A program made the position numbers and the translations under genes. A stretch of 64,000 bases of DNA from Gammaproteobacteria bacterium (lineage in GTDB: Bacteria > Pseudomonadota > Gammaproteobacteria > Eutrophobiales > Eutrophobiaceae): positions 2,752,001-2,816,000 of the forward strand of contig OZ220696.1 of assembly GCA_965116495.1 (NCBI GenBank). The letters run 5' to 3'. This document shows, piece after piece, positions 53,308-64,000 of this stretch. A model generated the notes under the pieces. It searched no databases and was not told where the DNA came from. It saw nothing but the letters and a program-made list of their open reading frames with translations. Numbering within the stretch: position 1 is the first letter of the stretch; each line of letters opens with the position of its first letter.

Positions 53308-53640
53308 CTAAGATATCGAATCTTTAAGTACTTTTAACGGCGTTGCGCGGACGACAGTGGTTTCCGGTTTTGCCTGTATGGTTATTTTCTCACCGGTGGC
53401 AGGGTTTATGCCGGTACGTTCCGGACGGGCAGGCTTTATCGCCCTTTTCAATTTAACACCCATTGACGGTATGGTAAATTCCCCGGAAGCCCCGTTTTGC
53501 AGATGACGTACGGCCAGGCCAGCCAGAGAATCCAGTACTGCGGCTACCTGTTTTTTGGTTAGGTCCGTGTCTTCGGCAATATGTGCCAGAATTTGAGATT
53601 TGGTTTGCTTCTCAGCAATCGCTTGAGGTCTATCAGCCAT
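53308..53640 (-). CDS. HU family DNA-binding protein
   Basis: TKSQI, RTGINPATGE arm, LKD. Confidence 0.9.
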   Translation of the reverse strand: MADRPQAIAEKQTKSQILAHIAEDTDLTKKQVAAVLDSLAGLAVRHLQNGASGEFTIPSMGVKLKRAIKPARPERTGINPATGEKITIQAKPETTVVRATPLKVLKDSIS

Positions 53641-53831
53641 ATCTGCCTCTCATTATGGAAATGTATGTTTAATGTTTATAGTTAGTGATGCTCATCACTC
53701 CCTGTTCCGAGCAGTCCCCCACAGAGTAATTCAAAATCCCCGCAGCTGAGGAAAGTTCCCTCCTACGTTACGATTATATTACAAAATCAAATGAGTTAAA
53801 CGGAAATGTGGAAATTTTTTTCGTCAGCCTG

Positions 53832-54578
53832 TTATTGCGACAATTTGCCGTCTATTTCGTCCCAGAGCAAATTGAATGCGCCGGCAGCCCTGGACCCTTT
53901 TGCGCAGGCCTGAACCGGGGCCCGGTACATGCCCATTTTTTCCACATCGCTCAGGTAACCTATGAATGCCTGCAGTATCTCCGGATTGCTCTTGTGAAAA
54001 TCACGCACGATCTCGCAATGCAGTTTTTTCCTTCGGTCCACCATTGAAAAAAACGGTAGCAGGCGCGGCGGCAATTCCGGTTTTTTGTCTATATACCGCT
54101 TGAGTTGGCCGTAAGCGCGTATCGACAACGGTGTGGGGATAAGCGGTACCAGCAACGCATCCGCTGCATTGAACAGGTTTTCCGCCACGGTGGAAAAACT
54201 GGGCGCGCAATCGAACAAAAGCAAGTCGTAATCAGCAGCCAGACTGCTGGATACCTGCGCCAACCTGTGTAAGGGCCGTCTTTTGTCGTCAAGTATCCGG
54301 TCCAGGTAACGGTTGGAAAATTCGGCGGGGATAAGATCCAGGTTGGGATAATTGGTGGCCTTGACAAAATCCGTCAGTTTGCGTTTTCTTTTCAACAACT
54401 GGTTGTTTCCGCCGCGCAGCCTGGGTTTGATCCTGAAATAATATGTGGCCGCTGCCTGCGCATCGAGATCCCAGATCACCACCCGCTTGCCGCTGCGCGC
54501 GGCAGCGAAACCAAGATTCACAGTGGCGGTAGTTTTTCCTACACCTCCCTTGGTATTGTAGACGGCAAGAATTTTCAT
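53832..54578 (-). CDS. Orphan ParA/Soj-family ATPase
   Basis: Deviant Walker A KGGVGKTT, WDLDAQ, DCAPS; start overlaps the CHAD gene stop. Confidence 0.9.
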   Translation of the reverse strand: MKILAVYNTKGGVGKTTATVNLGFAAARSGKRVVIWDLDAQAAATYYFRIKPRLRGGNNQLLKRKRKLTDFVKATNYPNLDLIPAEFSNRYLDRILDDKRRPLHRLAQVSSSLAADYDLLLFDCAPSFSTVAENLFNAADALLVPLIPTPLSIRAYGQLKRYIDKKPELPPRLLPFFSMVDRRKKLHCEIVRDFHKSNPEILQAFIGYLSDVEKMGMYRAPVQACAKGSRAAGAFNLLWDEIDGKLSQ

Positions 54579-56125
54579 CCGCTTGTTTTACCGCACAGGG
54601 TTTTGAACAGTTCCCTGTTTTCAACAGATACAAACGCGCCGTAGTAACGCTGGAATTCTTTCTTTGTCACCTTTTCCCGACGCGCATATACCTTGCCCAG
54701 GTAATCCATGGCAGCTTTGACACCCCGGTGTTGCTTCCCTGGAAAATTTTCCTGCCACAGGCTGAGATACTGTTGCTGAACCTGGTAGTCGACGATATCC
54801 CCCAGCACATTCTGGAGTTTGCGCAACTGCCTTATCGCTTGTTCCACATCTTTTGCAGGAAACAGCGTGCGGAATGCCTCCAGCAGGTAACGCAGCTTTT
54901 TACAGGATATTCGCAATTCATGCAAGGCTTCGTCGGTACCGGTTCTTGCCGCGTGCCGGCCTTGTTTTCTTATTCTTCTCCAGGCTTTCCAGACAGACTC
55001 GTCAGCAGCCTTGAGTACCGGATCAGTCGTATTCGCATCCGTTGCATTTTCCAGCAGGGATGCGCGCCAACTCCGAATAAACCCGCGGTAGCGGTCCGAC
55101 TCCAGGGCACTCAGGAGTCCAGCCCTTTCCCTCTCCCTGCTCTCTTGCAAATATGTTTGCAGCGGCAGCAGTTGCGTGTACATTTTCGCCGGCAGCAACT
55201 GCTTGTATTGACGGAACGCAAGCAGGAATACATCGATGTCACGCAGGCTCGACGTCTGCTTACTGAGCCAGGAAAATAACTGTTTCCCCGATTCCTGTTG
55301 TGACGCCGGCAGGACGTGTTTCATTCCGGTAATCAATGATCGGCTGCGCCGGTTGGCAATCCTGAAATCATGCAGAAACTCAATGTCGATATCGTCCCTG
55401 ATTCCCGGCGCGTTACGTTCCATCATATCAAGCTGGGAGAGCAGGATGGCCGACATCGCCTGGCGAATCGTCATACCCCGGTCCAGTTGTACCATCAGTT
55501 TCGATGAATAATCTCCAGGCGTTCTGCCAAGCGCCGAAAAACAGGTTGATAACAGGCTATCCGTTGAACCCGTCCCGTTGCAACATGCCATCATCCAGGA
55601 AAATATTTTTTTTGTTCTTCTTTCATAGCCCCTCAGCGCCTGTAGCTTGACTACCCGTAACGGAACACTTGTGTTTTTGTCGGCCTGCGTCTGTCCTTCC
55701 AATTGCTCAAGATGCAATCTGGCGATGATTTTTCCATGTTTATCAAATATGTCCCGCTGCTCCCCCCGCAATGTAAAGCTCCCCTGGCAGATCAGGGCGC
55801 GTTCTTCGATTACGTGCGCCAGGCGGGAGGCGATGGCGGGAGGCTCTATTTCATGCAGGAAACGCCCTACGCTCGCCGTATTTTCCTGTCTGATCCAGCC
55901 TGCATCAGTAATATCGAACAGGAACAATGCAGCGCTATCGTCCTGATCAAAACCCAGCATGAGCCGGTTTTTGAACAGGCGCCAGTCAAACGTGTCATAA
56001 ATCTCGCGCAGCCCGGTAATTGTCCGGCCTCGGCCAAACCGGTATCCGCGTTCACGCAGGTTGCGTTTTATCTCCATTATTGCCCTGGCTTGCCTGAGAA
56101 CGAATTGTGGACAATAGCTTTCCAT
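54575..56125 (-). CDS. CHAD domain protein with degenerate CYTH-like N-terminus
   Basis: YDTFDWRL; LHDFRIANRRSR, LRDIDV, LHELRISCKKLRYLLE, LQNVLG. Confidence 0.88.
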   Translation of the reverse strand: MESYCPQFVLRQARAIMEIKRNLRERGYRFGRGRTITGLREIYDTFDWRLFKNRLMLGFDQDDSAALFLFDITDAGWIRQENTASVGRFLHEIEPPAIASRLAHVIEERALICQGSFTLRGEQRDIFDKHGKIIARLHLEQLEGQTQADKNTSVPLRVVKLQALRGYERRTKKIFSWMMACCNGTGSTDSLLSTCFSALGRTPGDYSSKLMVQLDRGMTIRQAMSAILLSQLDMMERNAPGIRDDIDIEFLHDFRIANRRSRSLITGMKHVLPASQQESGKQLFSWLSKQTSSLRDIDVFLLAFRQYKQLLPAKMYTQLLPLQTYLQESRERERAGLLSALESDRYRGFIRSWRASLLENATDANTTDPVLKAADESVWKAWRRIRKQGRHAARTGTDEALHELRISCKKLRYLLEAFRTLFPAKDVEQAIRQLRKLQNVLGDIVDYQVQQQYLSLWQENFPGKQHRGVKAAMDYLGKVYARREKVTKKEFQRYYGAFVSVENRELFKTLCGKTSG

Positions 56126-57432
56126 TACCGGTACGGCCTCATGTAACCGGGTGCTGCCTCCCGTTCTATTGCGCGGTAGGCGATATCGGTGCGGAAAAAC
56201 AGGGCTTCACAATCTATGGCTGCAACTGCTTCGTATGCCTTGTCCCTGGCGCTGGTAACGTTGTCGGCCAGTGCCGTGACGCACAGCACCCGGCCGCCGC
56301 TGGTGAGGATTTCCCCGCCGGCCTGCCGGGTTCCGGCGTGAAAAACCTTTACCGACTCGTTCACCCGATCCAGGCCGGTAATTTTCCTGTCCCGGGTGGC
56401 GCCCTCAGGATAACCGGACGAGGCCATCACAACCCCGACAGCCGCGCGCGGGTCCCAGGAAACGGCATCAGCGTGAAGGCGTCGTGACAGGGCCATGTCA
56501 CATAATGCCGGCAAATCACCCCGCAGACGCATCATGACCGGCTGGGTCTCGGGGTCGCCGAGACGGCAATTAAACTCAAGCACTTCAGGGTCACCGTTGG
56601 CATCGATCATGAGGCCGGCATACAGAAACCCCATGTAGGGATTGCCTTCCGCGCGCATGCCGGCCACAGCCGGTTCTATGACGCGCCGCATGATTTTGTC
56701 ATGCACGCCTTCACCCATCAGGGAAGCAGGGGAATAAGCGCCCATTCCGCCGGTGTTCGGACCTGCATCACCGTCGTCCCTGGCTTTGTGGTCCTGGGAA
56801 CTGGCCAGGGGGATAACATTTTCGCCATCGCTTATTACGATGAAACTGGCCTCCTCCCCTGCAATAAATTCCTCTATCACGACCCGCTGTCCCGCCGCGC
56901 CGAATTTTCCGGCGGACAACATGTCGTTCACGGCGCGTCCTGCTTCGGCATGGGTCTGAGCGACGATCACTCCCTTGCCCGCTGCCAGGCCGTCCGCCTT
57001 GACGACTATCGGCAAACTTCTTGATCCGATGTAATCCAGGGCTGCGCCGGGATCGGTAAAGGTCTCATACTCCGCCGTCGGAATACCATGACGCCGCAGA
57101 AACGCTTTACTGAAACTCTTCGACCCTTCCAGCATGGCAGCATTTCCCGATGGGCCGAAGCAGCGCAGTCCCGCATCGGTAAACGCGTCTGCAATACCGG
57201 AAACCAGGGGCGCTTCGGGACCCACTATGGTCAGCGCCACGGCGTGCCCGCGGGCAAATGCAACCAGGCCCGGCGTGTCCGCGGGCGCGAGCGGAATATT
57301 TTCGACTTTAGCCTCCGCCGCCGTGCCGGCGTTGCCCGGCGCAACGTAGACCTTGTCCACATCGGGCGATTGGGCCGCCTTCCAGGCCAGGGCATGTTCG
57401 CGTCCCCCCCCGCCGACGATCAGGACGTTCAT
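56125..57432 (-). CDS. purD: Phosphoribosylamine-glycine ligase
   Basis: GGGGREHA, KADGLAAGKGV, EFNCRLGDPE. Confidence 0.97.
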   Translation of the reverse strand: MNVLIVGGGGREHALAWKAAQSPDVDKVYVAPGNAGTAAEAKVENIPLAPADTPGLVAFARGHAVALTIVGPEAPLVSGIADAFTDAGLRCFGPSGNAAMLEGSKSFSKAFLRRHGIPTAEYETFTDPGAALDYIGSRSLPIVVKADGLAAGKGVIVAQTHAEAGRAVNDMLSAGKFGAAGQRVVIEEFIAGEEASFIVISDGENVIPLASSQDHKARDDGDAGPNTGGMGAYSPASLMGEGVHDKIMRRVIEPAVAGMRAEGNPYMGFLYAGLMIDANGDPEVLEFNCRLGDPETQPVMMRLRGDLPALCDMALSRRLHADAVSWDPRAAVGVVMASSGYPEGATRDRKITGLDRVNESVKVFHAGTRQAGGEILTSGGRVLCVTALADNVTSARDKAYEAVAAIDCEALFFRTDIAYRAIEREAAPGYMRPYR

Positions 57433-57434
57433 GG

Positions 57435-58997
57435 TTAATGCCGGAAATGCCTCATTGCGGTGAATACCATGGCCATGCCGTGTTCGTCCGCCGCCGCGAT
57501 AACCTCTTTATCCCGTACCGAACCTCCCGGCTGTATCACGGCTGAGATTCCTGACTGTGCAGCTGAATCGATTCCGTCCCGGAATGGAAAAAATGCATCC
57601 GACGCCATCACGGCGCCCGCCACCTGCAAACCGGCGTCCGTTGCCTTGAGCGCGGCGATCCGGGCGCTGTAGACCCGGCTCATCTGGCCGGCGCCGATAC
57701 CGATGGTCCGGCGCTGCCTGGCGTAGACAATGGCATTGGACTTGACGTACTTCACCACTTGCCAGGCAAACAGCATGTCATCCAGTTCCCCGGTGTCCGG
57801 TTTACGCCTGGATACCACGTTTAATTGTTCAGGCACAACCGTCCCCGTATCGGCGTCCTGGACCAGCAATCCGCCACTGACGCGTTTCAACTCGAGCTGC
57901 CCCGGGTTGTCAGCGCGCCTGCCGGTCACCAGCACCCGTACCCCGGGCTTGTTCGCGGTTACCGGGAGGACGCCTTCTTCCAGCTCCGGCGCCAGGATGA
58001 CTTCCACGAATTGTCGCGCGATGATATTTTCCGCGGTCTCCTTGTCGAGGCTGCGGTTGAAGGCGATGATGCCGCCGAACGCGGAGACAGGATCGGTCCC
58101 ATAGGCCGCGTCATAAGCATCCGGCAACGACCCGCTTAGCGCCACGCCACAGGGGTTGGCGTGCTTGACAATGACACAGGCGGGGTCGTCAAACCCCGAC
58201 ACACATTCCAGGGCGGCATCGGCATCGGCAAGATTGTTGTAGGAAAGCGCCTTGCCCTGCAACTGGCGGGCGCCTGCCAGGGTGCCGGCAGCGGGTTTCG
58301 GCTCCGTATAGAACGCCGCGGTCTGGTGGGGATTCTCACCATAGCGCAACTGTTCGGCAAGGCTGAACTGCATCGAATAGGTGTCCGGGTAATTCCTGCC
58401 GTTGCCCTGGTGATCCGTTGCGCCCAGGTAATTTGCCACGTTGGCATCGTAGTTCGCCGTGTGGGAGAAGGCTTTCTGCGCCAGCCTGAAGCAGGTTGGG
58501 ATACTCAGCCGGTTTTCATTTTCCTGCAACTCGTTCAATACCCCGGGGTAATCTCCTGCATCAACGATGACCCCGGTGTATTCATAATTTTTGGCTGCGG
58601 CCCTGAGCATTGTCGGGCCGCCTATATCAATATTCTCCATTGCCTCGGCCAGGGTACAGCCGGCGCGCTTGACGGTTGCTTCGAAAGGATACAGGTTGAC
58701 GACAACAAGATCGATCGGCGCAATACCCAGTTCTTCCATAATTTCGTCGTCCCGGCCGGGCCGCCCGAGCAGGCCGCCATGAACCTTCGGGTGCAGTGTT
58801 TTTACCCTGCCATCCATAATCTCGGGAAACCCGGTATGGGCTGACACATCCGTCACCTGAATATTATGGGATTGCAGTAACCTGAACGTACCGCCGGTAG
58901 AGATGATGGCAATGCCCGATTGCTCAAGGGTGTGGCAGAATTCCACGATGCCGGACTTGTCCGAGACGCTGATCAGCGCGCGCCTGACACTCACCAT
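57435..58997 (-). CDS. purH: AICAR transformylase / IMP cyclohydrolase
   Basis: [31 protein letters not shown]. Confidence 0.97.
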   Translation of the reverse strand: MVSVRRALISVSDKSGIVEFCHTLEQSGIAIISTGGTFRLLQSHNIQVTDVSAHTGFPEIMDGRVKTLHPKVHGGLLGRPGRDDEIMEELGIAPIDLVVVNLYPFEATVKRAGCTLAEAMENIDIGGPTMLRAAAKNYEYTGVIVDAGDYPGVLNELQENENRLSIPTCFRLAQKAFSHTANYDANVANYLGATDHQGNGRNYPDTYSMQFSLAEQLRYGENPHQTAAFYTEPKPAAGTLAGARQLQGKALSYNNLADADAALECVSGFDDPACVIVKHANPCGVALSGSLPDAYDAAYGTDPVSAFGGIIAFNRSLDKETAENIIARQFVEVILAPELEEGVLPVTANKPGVRVLVTGRRADNPGQLELKRVSGGLLVQDADTGTVVPEQLNVVSRRKPDTGELDDMLFAWQVVKYVKSNAIVYARQRRTIGIGAGQMSRVYSARIAALKATDAGLQVAGAVMASDAFFPFRDGIDSAAQSGISAVIQPGGSVRDKEVIAAADEHGMAMVFTAMRHFRH

Positions 58998-58998
58998 A

Positions 58999-59271
58999 TC
59001 AGCTGACTATACCGTATTTCTTCAATCGCCCCAGTACCGTACCCCTGTTCAAGCCAAGTGCTTGTGCAGTACGGCTTATGTTTCCGTTATATCGATCTAA
59101 TACGACTCTAAACAGCGGTTTTTCGACCTGCGAAATGACCAGGTTATAGAGATTTGACGTGTCCTCCCCCTCCAGATCGTTAAAATAATTTCGCAAGGCA
59201 TTTTCCACGCATTCACCAAGGGATTGTGCAGTGGAAACCGTCTGTGTTGAATCCTGTTTGGTCGAAGCCAT
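58999..59271 (-). CDS. fis: Fis family transcriptional regulator
   Basis: [23 protein letters not shown]; upstream of purH. Confidence 0.85.
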   Translation of the reverse strand: MASTKQDSTQTVSTAQSLGECVENALRNYFNDLEGEDTSNLYNLVISQVEKPLFRVVLDRYNGNISRTAQALGLNRGTVLGRLKKYGIVS

Positions 59272-59387
59272 TTATTATGATTCTCTTCGGTACAAGATTT
59301 GACCTTTATCCATACCTTTTCTCCCCCCCTGTTTTTCACAATAGCAATCAATATGCTTTCATGCAATCCCTTTTGGCGAGGAACCCG

Positions 59388-60272
59388 TCAATGAAACTGA
59401 AATTCAAAACTCACGGCCTGTTGTGCTGCGCCGGCAAGCTCCAGGACAAAGTGAATCGGCACGCCGGGAGGCATGCCGGCAGCGTTGCGGGTGTCCGGCC
59501 CGAGGTAGTCTGCAGGCTTGAAACGTCCCTGGGAGATCACCCGTCCATTTGTCGCGTATGTGACCAGTTCAATTTCGGGGTACGGCTGGACATATTCGGC
59601 CAGGTTGACCAGCGCGGCGCTGACCTGCAGGGCATCCACGAAACGCGGGTGCAGTCGTACTTCCCTGTTCAACAACTTGATGGCCGACAGGTCGCGAAAC
59701 CGTATCAGGTCACACTGCCATTTATCACAGAGCCGTTCCACCCAGGGCATCAGCACCGGGTACGCGCGCAGCAGCCGGTCCCTGTTGAACCAGGCGACCT
59801 GTGCAAGCGCGCCGATAGACAGGATTATAATCAAGCCGGCCCATATCAGCCGTGCGGACGAGTTGGTTGATTTCTCCTCCCCGTAGTCGATGACGGGCGG
59901 CAACTCTGCCGGCAGTTCGCGTTCTTGTCCGGCATGCGCGGTTTCGGCTTCAGCCGCCTCCTGCTGCGGTTCGGTTGCCCTGTCCGCCGGTGTGGTTTGC
60001 GGGGGCGGGGCGGTTGTGTGTTCCGGAACATCGCCGTCAGGCGGGGCTTGCTCCTGTTGCGGGACTACCGTGACGGTTTCTTCCGGCGGCTGTTCCACGG
60101 ACTTTTCTGCCTGATGCAGTACCGGTGGTTTTTTTACAGGCGTATCGTAAAGCCGCTCCAGTGCATAAAACGCCTCATCACAATAACCGCATCGTACCCA
60201 ACCGTCGGCTGCCTTCAGTTGGGCTGCGCGAATACGATACAGGCGCTCACAGGATGGACAATCTGTAAACAT
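59388..60272 (-). CDS. Zinc-ribbon + DUF3426 membrane protein
   Basis: CPSC...VRCGYC, low-complexity linker, TM, C-terminal beta domain; usual position between accC and fis. Confidence 0.85.
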   Translation of the reverse strand: MFTDCPSCERLYRIRAAQLKAADGWVRCGYCDEAFYALERLYDTPVKKPPVLHQAEKSVEQPPEETVTVVPQQEQAPPDGDVPEHTTAPPPQTTPADRATEPQQEAAEAETAHAGQERELPAELPPVIDYGEEKSTNSSARLIWAGLIIILSIGALAQVAWFNRDRLLRAYPVLMPWVERLCDKWQCDLIRFRDLSAIKLLNREVRLHPRFVDALQVSAALVNLAEYVQPYPEIELVTYATNGRVISQGRFKPADYLGPDTRNAAGMPPGVPIHFVLELAGAAQQAVSFEFQFH

Positions 60273-60289
60273 GGCACCCCGGGTGGTCT

Positions 60290-61633
60290 TTACTTGAGAC
60301 CCAGCTTGTTTTCGAGGTAGTGGATATCGGTACCGCCGGCAATAAACGCCGCGTCATCCAGCAATCTCTGCAGCACGGGAATATTGGTGCTGATACCTTC
60401 TATGACCAGTTCCGAGAGCGCAGTGGACATGCGCGCCAGAGCCAGTTCCCGGGTCTCCCCGTGCGCAATCAACTTTGCGATCATGGAATCGTAGTGGGGC
60501 GGTATGCGATAGCCGTCATAAAGGTGCGTCTCCATGCGGATCCCCGGTCCCCCGGGCTGGTGGAAATGGCTGACCTGTCCGGGTGACGGCATAAACGTAT
60601 CGGGGTTTTCCGCCAGGATACGACATTCAAGCGCGTGGCCGCGGAAGCGGATACCATCCTGTCTGTAACTGAGTGTCGCGCCGGCTGCGATACGCAGTTG
60701 TTCCTTGACGATATCAACGCCGGTCACCATTTCGGTGACCGGGTGCTCCACCTGGATGCGGGTATTCATTTCTATGAAATAAAACTCGCCGTCCTCATAG
60801 AGAAATTCCATTGTTCCTGCGCCGCGATAACCCATGGTCTTGCAGGCATGAACACAGATCCCGCCGATTTTCTCCCGCATTTTTTCCGTGATCCCAACCG
60901 CCGGGGCTTCTTCCATGATCTTCTGGTGGCGCCTCTGCATTGAGCAATCCCTTTCCCCCAGGTGTATGACGTTGCCTGCTTCGTCCGCCAGCACCTGTAA
61001 CTCTATATGACGCGGATGCTCGAGAAATTTTTCCACGTACAAGGTGTCATCGCCGAACGCGGCAGCCGCCTCGGCGCGGGTTACCGCCACGGCATTGCGC
61101 AGGGTTGCCTCCCCGCGCACTACGCGCATTCCCCGCCCGCCACCGCCGGCGGCGGCCTTGATAATGACCGGGTAACCCAGTTCCCTGGCGAGCTTGCCGA
61201 TTTCGTCGATATCATTGCCGATATCGCCGCTGGATCCGGGGACGCAGGGTACTCCGAATTTCCGCATCTGTTCTCGCGCTGAAATTTTGCTCCCCATCAG
61301 ACGGATCGTATCGGCGCGCGGGCCAATGAATATAAACCCGCTTTCCTCAACCCGTTCGGCAAAATCGGCATTTTCAGCCAGGAATCCGTAACCCGGATGT
61401 ATCGCCGCGGCATCGGTAACCTCAGCCGCACTGATTACAGCCGGGATATTCAGGTAACTGCCGACAGCCGCGGCCGGACCGATACATACCGCCTCGTCCG
61501 CCAGCAGCACGTGTTTCTGTTCCCGGTCTACTTCGGAGAAGACGGCTACGGTTTTTATACCCAACTCGCGACAGGAACGCAGGATGCGCAGGGCGATCTC
61601 GCCCCGGTTGGCAATGACCACTTTCCCAAGCAT
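60290..61633 (-). CDS. accC: Acetyl-CoA carboxylase biotin carboxylase
   Basis: [36 protein letters not shown]. Confidence 0.97.
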   Translation of the reverse strand: MLGKVVIANRGEIALRILRSCRELGIKTVAVFSEVDREQKHVLLADEAVCIGPAAAVGSYLNIPAVISAAEVTDAAAIHPGYGFLAENADFAERVEESGFIFIGPRADTIRLMGSKISAREQMRKFGVPCVPGSSGDIGNDIDEIGKLARELGYPVIIKAAAGGGGRGMRVVRGEATLRNAVAVTRAEAAAAFGDDTLYVEKFLEHPRHIELQVLADEAGNVIHLGERDCSMQRRHQKIMEEAPAVGITEKMREKIGGICVHACKTMGYRGAGTMEFLYEDGEFYFIEMNTRIQVEHPVTEMVTGVDIVKEQLRIAAGATLSYRQDGIRFRGHALECRILAENPDTFMPSPGQVSHFHQPGGPGIRMETHLYDGYRIPPHYDSMIAKLIAHGETRELALARMSTALSELVIEGISTNIPVLQRLLDDAAFIAGGTDIHYLENKLGLK

Positions 61634-61653
61634 GATTATTTATGGGGGACTAA

Positions 61654-61736
61654 GGGGACAGATTTAAGCATGCCCCCGCATGTTGTAAGCGGGGGTCTGT
61701 CCCCGTCCACTCTGTGATCTCTGTGTCCTCTGTGGC
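61654..61736. repeat. GGGGACAGA...TCTGTCCCC element with an inserted palindromic module, followed by a CTCTGTG tandem motif
   Basis: GGGGACAGATTTAA[GCATGCCCCCGCATGTTGTAAGCGGGGG]TCTGTCCCC; CTCTGTGATCTCTGTGTCCTCTGTGG. Confidence 0.8.
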
Positions 61737-61752
61737 AACACATGTCGTTGTT

Positions 61753-62223
61753 TTACTGATCCCGGATAATGAACAGGGGCTGACCGTATTCAACCGGCTC
61801 ACCATTAGCGGCCATGATACGGCTGACGACGCCGGCCTTTTCGGATTCAACCTGGTTCATGATCTTCATCGCTTCGATAATACAGAGCACATCGCCCTTT
61901 TTCACGGTCTGACCCAGTTCGACAAAAGACGGTTTACCCGGGGCCTGTGCCTCGTAGAAGATCCCCACCATAGGCGAACGTACCAGGTTATCCTCGGGCT
62001 CCTCATTTTCCGTTGATTCCGACCCCAATGCGGGTTCCGCTACGGCAGTATTGCGTTGACCCGTATCCCGAATATCCCTGGCCGGTACTGTGGCGGCAAC
62101 TTGCGCAGGAGCGAACCGGTTGCGGCTGACCCTGACTGAGTCCTTATCCTCGTGAATCTCAATTTCATCAATCCCGGATTCTTCCAGCATCTCAATCAGT
62201 TTTTTTACCTTTCTTATGTCCAC
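61753..62223 (-). CDS. accB: Biotin carboxyl carrier protein
   Basis: DIRKVKKLIE, SPMVG, EAMK. Confidence 0.96.
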   Translation of the reverse strand: MDIRKVKKLIEMLEESGIDEIEIHEDKDSVRVSRNRFAPAQVAATVPARDIRDTGQRNTAVAEPALGSESTENEEPEDNLVRSPMVGIFYEAQAPGKPSFVELGQTVKKGDVLCIIEAMKIMNQVESEKAGVVSRIMAANGEPVEYGQPLFIIRDQ

Positions 62224-62228
62224 ACCCG

Positions 62229-62669
62229 TTACCCCTGTAATTTTTCCGCAGCCACCTCTAATGCCAGACCGTAACCTGCCGCGCCGGCGCCGCTGAGTAC
62301 CGCTAGTGCCAGGTCTGACAGGTAGGAATGTCGTCTGAATTCCTCCCGGGCAAACACGTTGGAAAGGTGGACTTCAATGAACGGGATGGAAACACCGGAA
62401 AGCGCATCCCGCAGCGCGATGCTGGTGTGGGTAAACGCTCCGGGATTAATGATGATGAACTCGACCCCTTCCTGTTTAGCCTGGTGGATCCGCTCAATCA
62501 GTCCATGCTCTGCATTGGACTGAAAGCAGGCCAGGCTGTGGCCCTGGCGCGCGGCGGTCGCAACCAGATCTTGGTTGATATCTTCGAGGGTGGTCGTGCC
62601 GTATATCTCCGGTTCCCGCTCCCCGAGCAGGTTCAGGTTGGGCCCGTGCAATACCAGAAATTTTGCCAT
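62229..62669 (-). CDS. aroQ: Type II 3-dehydroquinate dehydratase
   Basis: [29 protein letters not shown]. Confidence 0.96.
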   Translation of the reverse strand: MAKFLVLHGPNLNLLGEREPEIYGTTTLEDINQDLVATAARQGHSLACFQSNAEHGLIERIHQAKQEGVEFIIINPGAFTHTSIALRDALSGVSIPFIEVHLSNVFAREEFRRHSYLSDLALAVLSGAGAAGYGLALEVAAEKLQG

Positions 62670-62786
62670 AACACTGTAATTATCAGATGATTTCAGGAAT
62701 TTCGCTACATTTTGCCATATATTAGCAGAAAATAGCCGAAATTAAACAGAAAAGGATGGAATTAGTCGCCTCTTTTTCTCAAGGGG

Positions 62787-63362
62787 TCAGAGCAGGCGGT
62801 TGATGATGGTTTCAGCTTCTTCAGTCGGCAGGATACCGGGCTTGACATGGACCACCTGCCCGTTTCTATCGATAATCACGGTATAAGGCAGGGCGCCGAT
62901 GTGGTTGCCGTAGGCCTCGGCCAGCTTGATGACCTCCAGTTCTCCGGCCAGTATCGGGTAATTCACCTTGTGTTCGGTGACAAACGCGCGCGCCTCTTCC
63001 GGTTTCTGTAAGGCGATACCTATGAATTGTAATCCCTGTGTCTGGTACCTGTCCTGCAATGAAACAAACTCCGGGACTTCCTTTATACAGGGGGGACACC
63101 AGGTTGCCCAGAAATTCAACGCTATCACTTTACCGTCCCATTCGGTGATTGAACGCAGCTGACCGTCCAGGTCCGGCAGGCTGAATTCCGGCCTGCGGCG
63201 GCCCAGGATCGGCGCGGCCGTGTGAGCTTGCATTGCGTTGCCGTTTGTCTCCGCTGACGAACGGGCTACCTCGTCCTGCTGGAAATCATACAGGCGAACT
63301 CCCAGATAGGCGGAAACGAAAACCAGCCCTGACAGCGCAGTCCACAAAACAGCCCTGTTCAC
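62787..63362 (-). CDS. TlpA-family thioredoxin-like disulfide reductase
   Basis: N-terminal TM, NFWATWCPPC. Confidence 0.9.
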   Translation of the reverse strand: MNRAVLWTALSGLVFVSAYLGVRLYDFQQDEVARSSAETNGNAMQAHTAAPILGRRRPEFSLPDLDGQLRSITEWDGKVIALNFWATWCPPCIKEVPEFVSLQDRYQTQGLQFIGIALQKPEEARAFVTEHKVNYPILAGELEVIKLAEAYGNHIGALPYTVIIDRNGQVVHVKPGILPTEEAETIINRLL

Positions 63363-64000
63363 GTGGTCAGTAGCCTGGCCAGGTGCTGCAGGAACTGTTC
63401 CGGCTTGACGTAACCTATCAACCGGTACTCCTGCAACTCCTGCCTGTCGGTGTTGAAAAACAGGATAGCCGGCGGTCCGAACAATTGAAAGCGTTCAAGC
63501 AGTTGTTGATCTTCCAGGTCGTTCCTCGTCACGTCTGCCTGCAGCAGGATGACGTCCGACAAGACCCGTTTTACCTCCGCTTCGGTAAACGTGCCGTGTT
63601 CCATTTCGATACAGGTAACGCACCAGTCCGCATAAAAATCAAGCATTACGTGTTTACCTGCCGCGGCCGCGGCAACCAGTTCCGCATCCAGTTCTGCAGC
63701 ACTCTTTATACGCTGGAATTCCAGGCTGCTGGTAACAGCGGGCTTTCCGGCCAGGTGAGCCAGGGGCCGTAACATATCATTTGAACCCGACAGCGCGCCG
63801 ATAATCAAGGCGCCGGCATAGATCAGGCCGGCAATACCGACGGCTTTGAATGCCTTGCCAATACCCGCCGTGCGATCCAGCGCGCCCATGAGCAGCGCAC
63901 TTATTATGACCAGCAGGGCCCACAATAACATGGAAGCGGCGACCGGAATAACACGCTCCATGAACCAGATTGCCACGCCCAGCATAATGATGCCGAAGCC
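63359..64000 (-). CDS. dsbD: Protein-disulfide reductase DsbD, C-terminal part (partial)
   Basis: TM helices followed by DFYADWCVTC, FGPP; runs off the window end. Confidence 0.9.
   Translation of the reverse strand, partial: GFGIIMLGVAIWFMERVIPVAASMLLWALLVIISALLMGALDRTAGIGKAFKAVGIAGLIYAGALIIGALSGSNDMLRPLAHLAGKPAVTSSLEFQRIKSAAELDAELVAAAAAGKHVMLDFYADWCVTCIEMEHGTFTEAEVKRVLSDVILLQADVTRNDLEDQQLLERFQLFGPPAILFFNTDRQELQEYRLIGYVKPEQFLQHLARLLTT

Overview
Moderately GC-rich gammaproteobacterial chromosomal segment. Bases 1-5.8 kb hold the 3' part of a divergent type IVb-like (R64 pil/T2SS-type) pilus operon: an assembly ATPase, a platform protein and three pilin-like genes, none with a class III prepilin leader. 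A structured intergenic region, a small secreted protein and an orphan N6-adenine methyltransferase follow. Bases 7.9-15 kb carry an amidohydrolase, an arylsulfatase with a homopolymer frameshift in its signal peptide, an LLM oxygenase, etfBA and an EamA transporter. Bases 15.3-26.3 kb are a type I R-M island (hsdM-hsdS-[cargo]-hsdR-M48 peptidase). Its cargo is an uncharacterised two-gene module, an inverted hipBA and a Fic-type C-terminal remnant. The rest is mostly housekeeping: tkt-gap-pgk-pyk-fba, purC, glnS, a UbiH-UbiI fusion, pepP, zapA, 6S RNA, ilvA, rpiA, dtd, hemF, hisBH, HU, CHAD-ParA, purDH, fis, accCB, aroQ, tlpA and dsbD. Several families of small palindromic REP-like repeats are interspersed; some are nested inside each other and some invade coding sequence. 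Top candidates for new biology are the leaderless pilin system, the two-gene cargo in the R-M locus, the CHAD-ParA pair and the repeat-linked UbiH-UbiI fusion. All family assignments come from motif recognition, not database searches.
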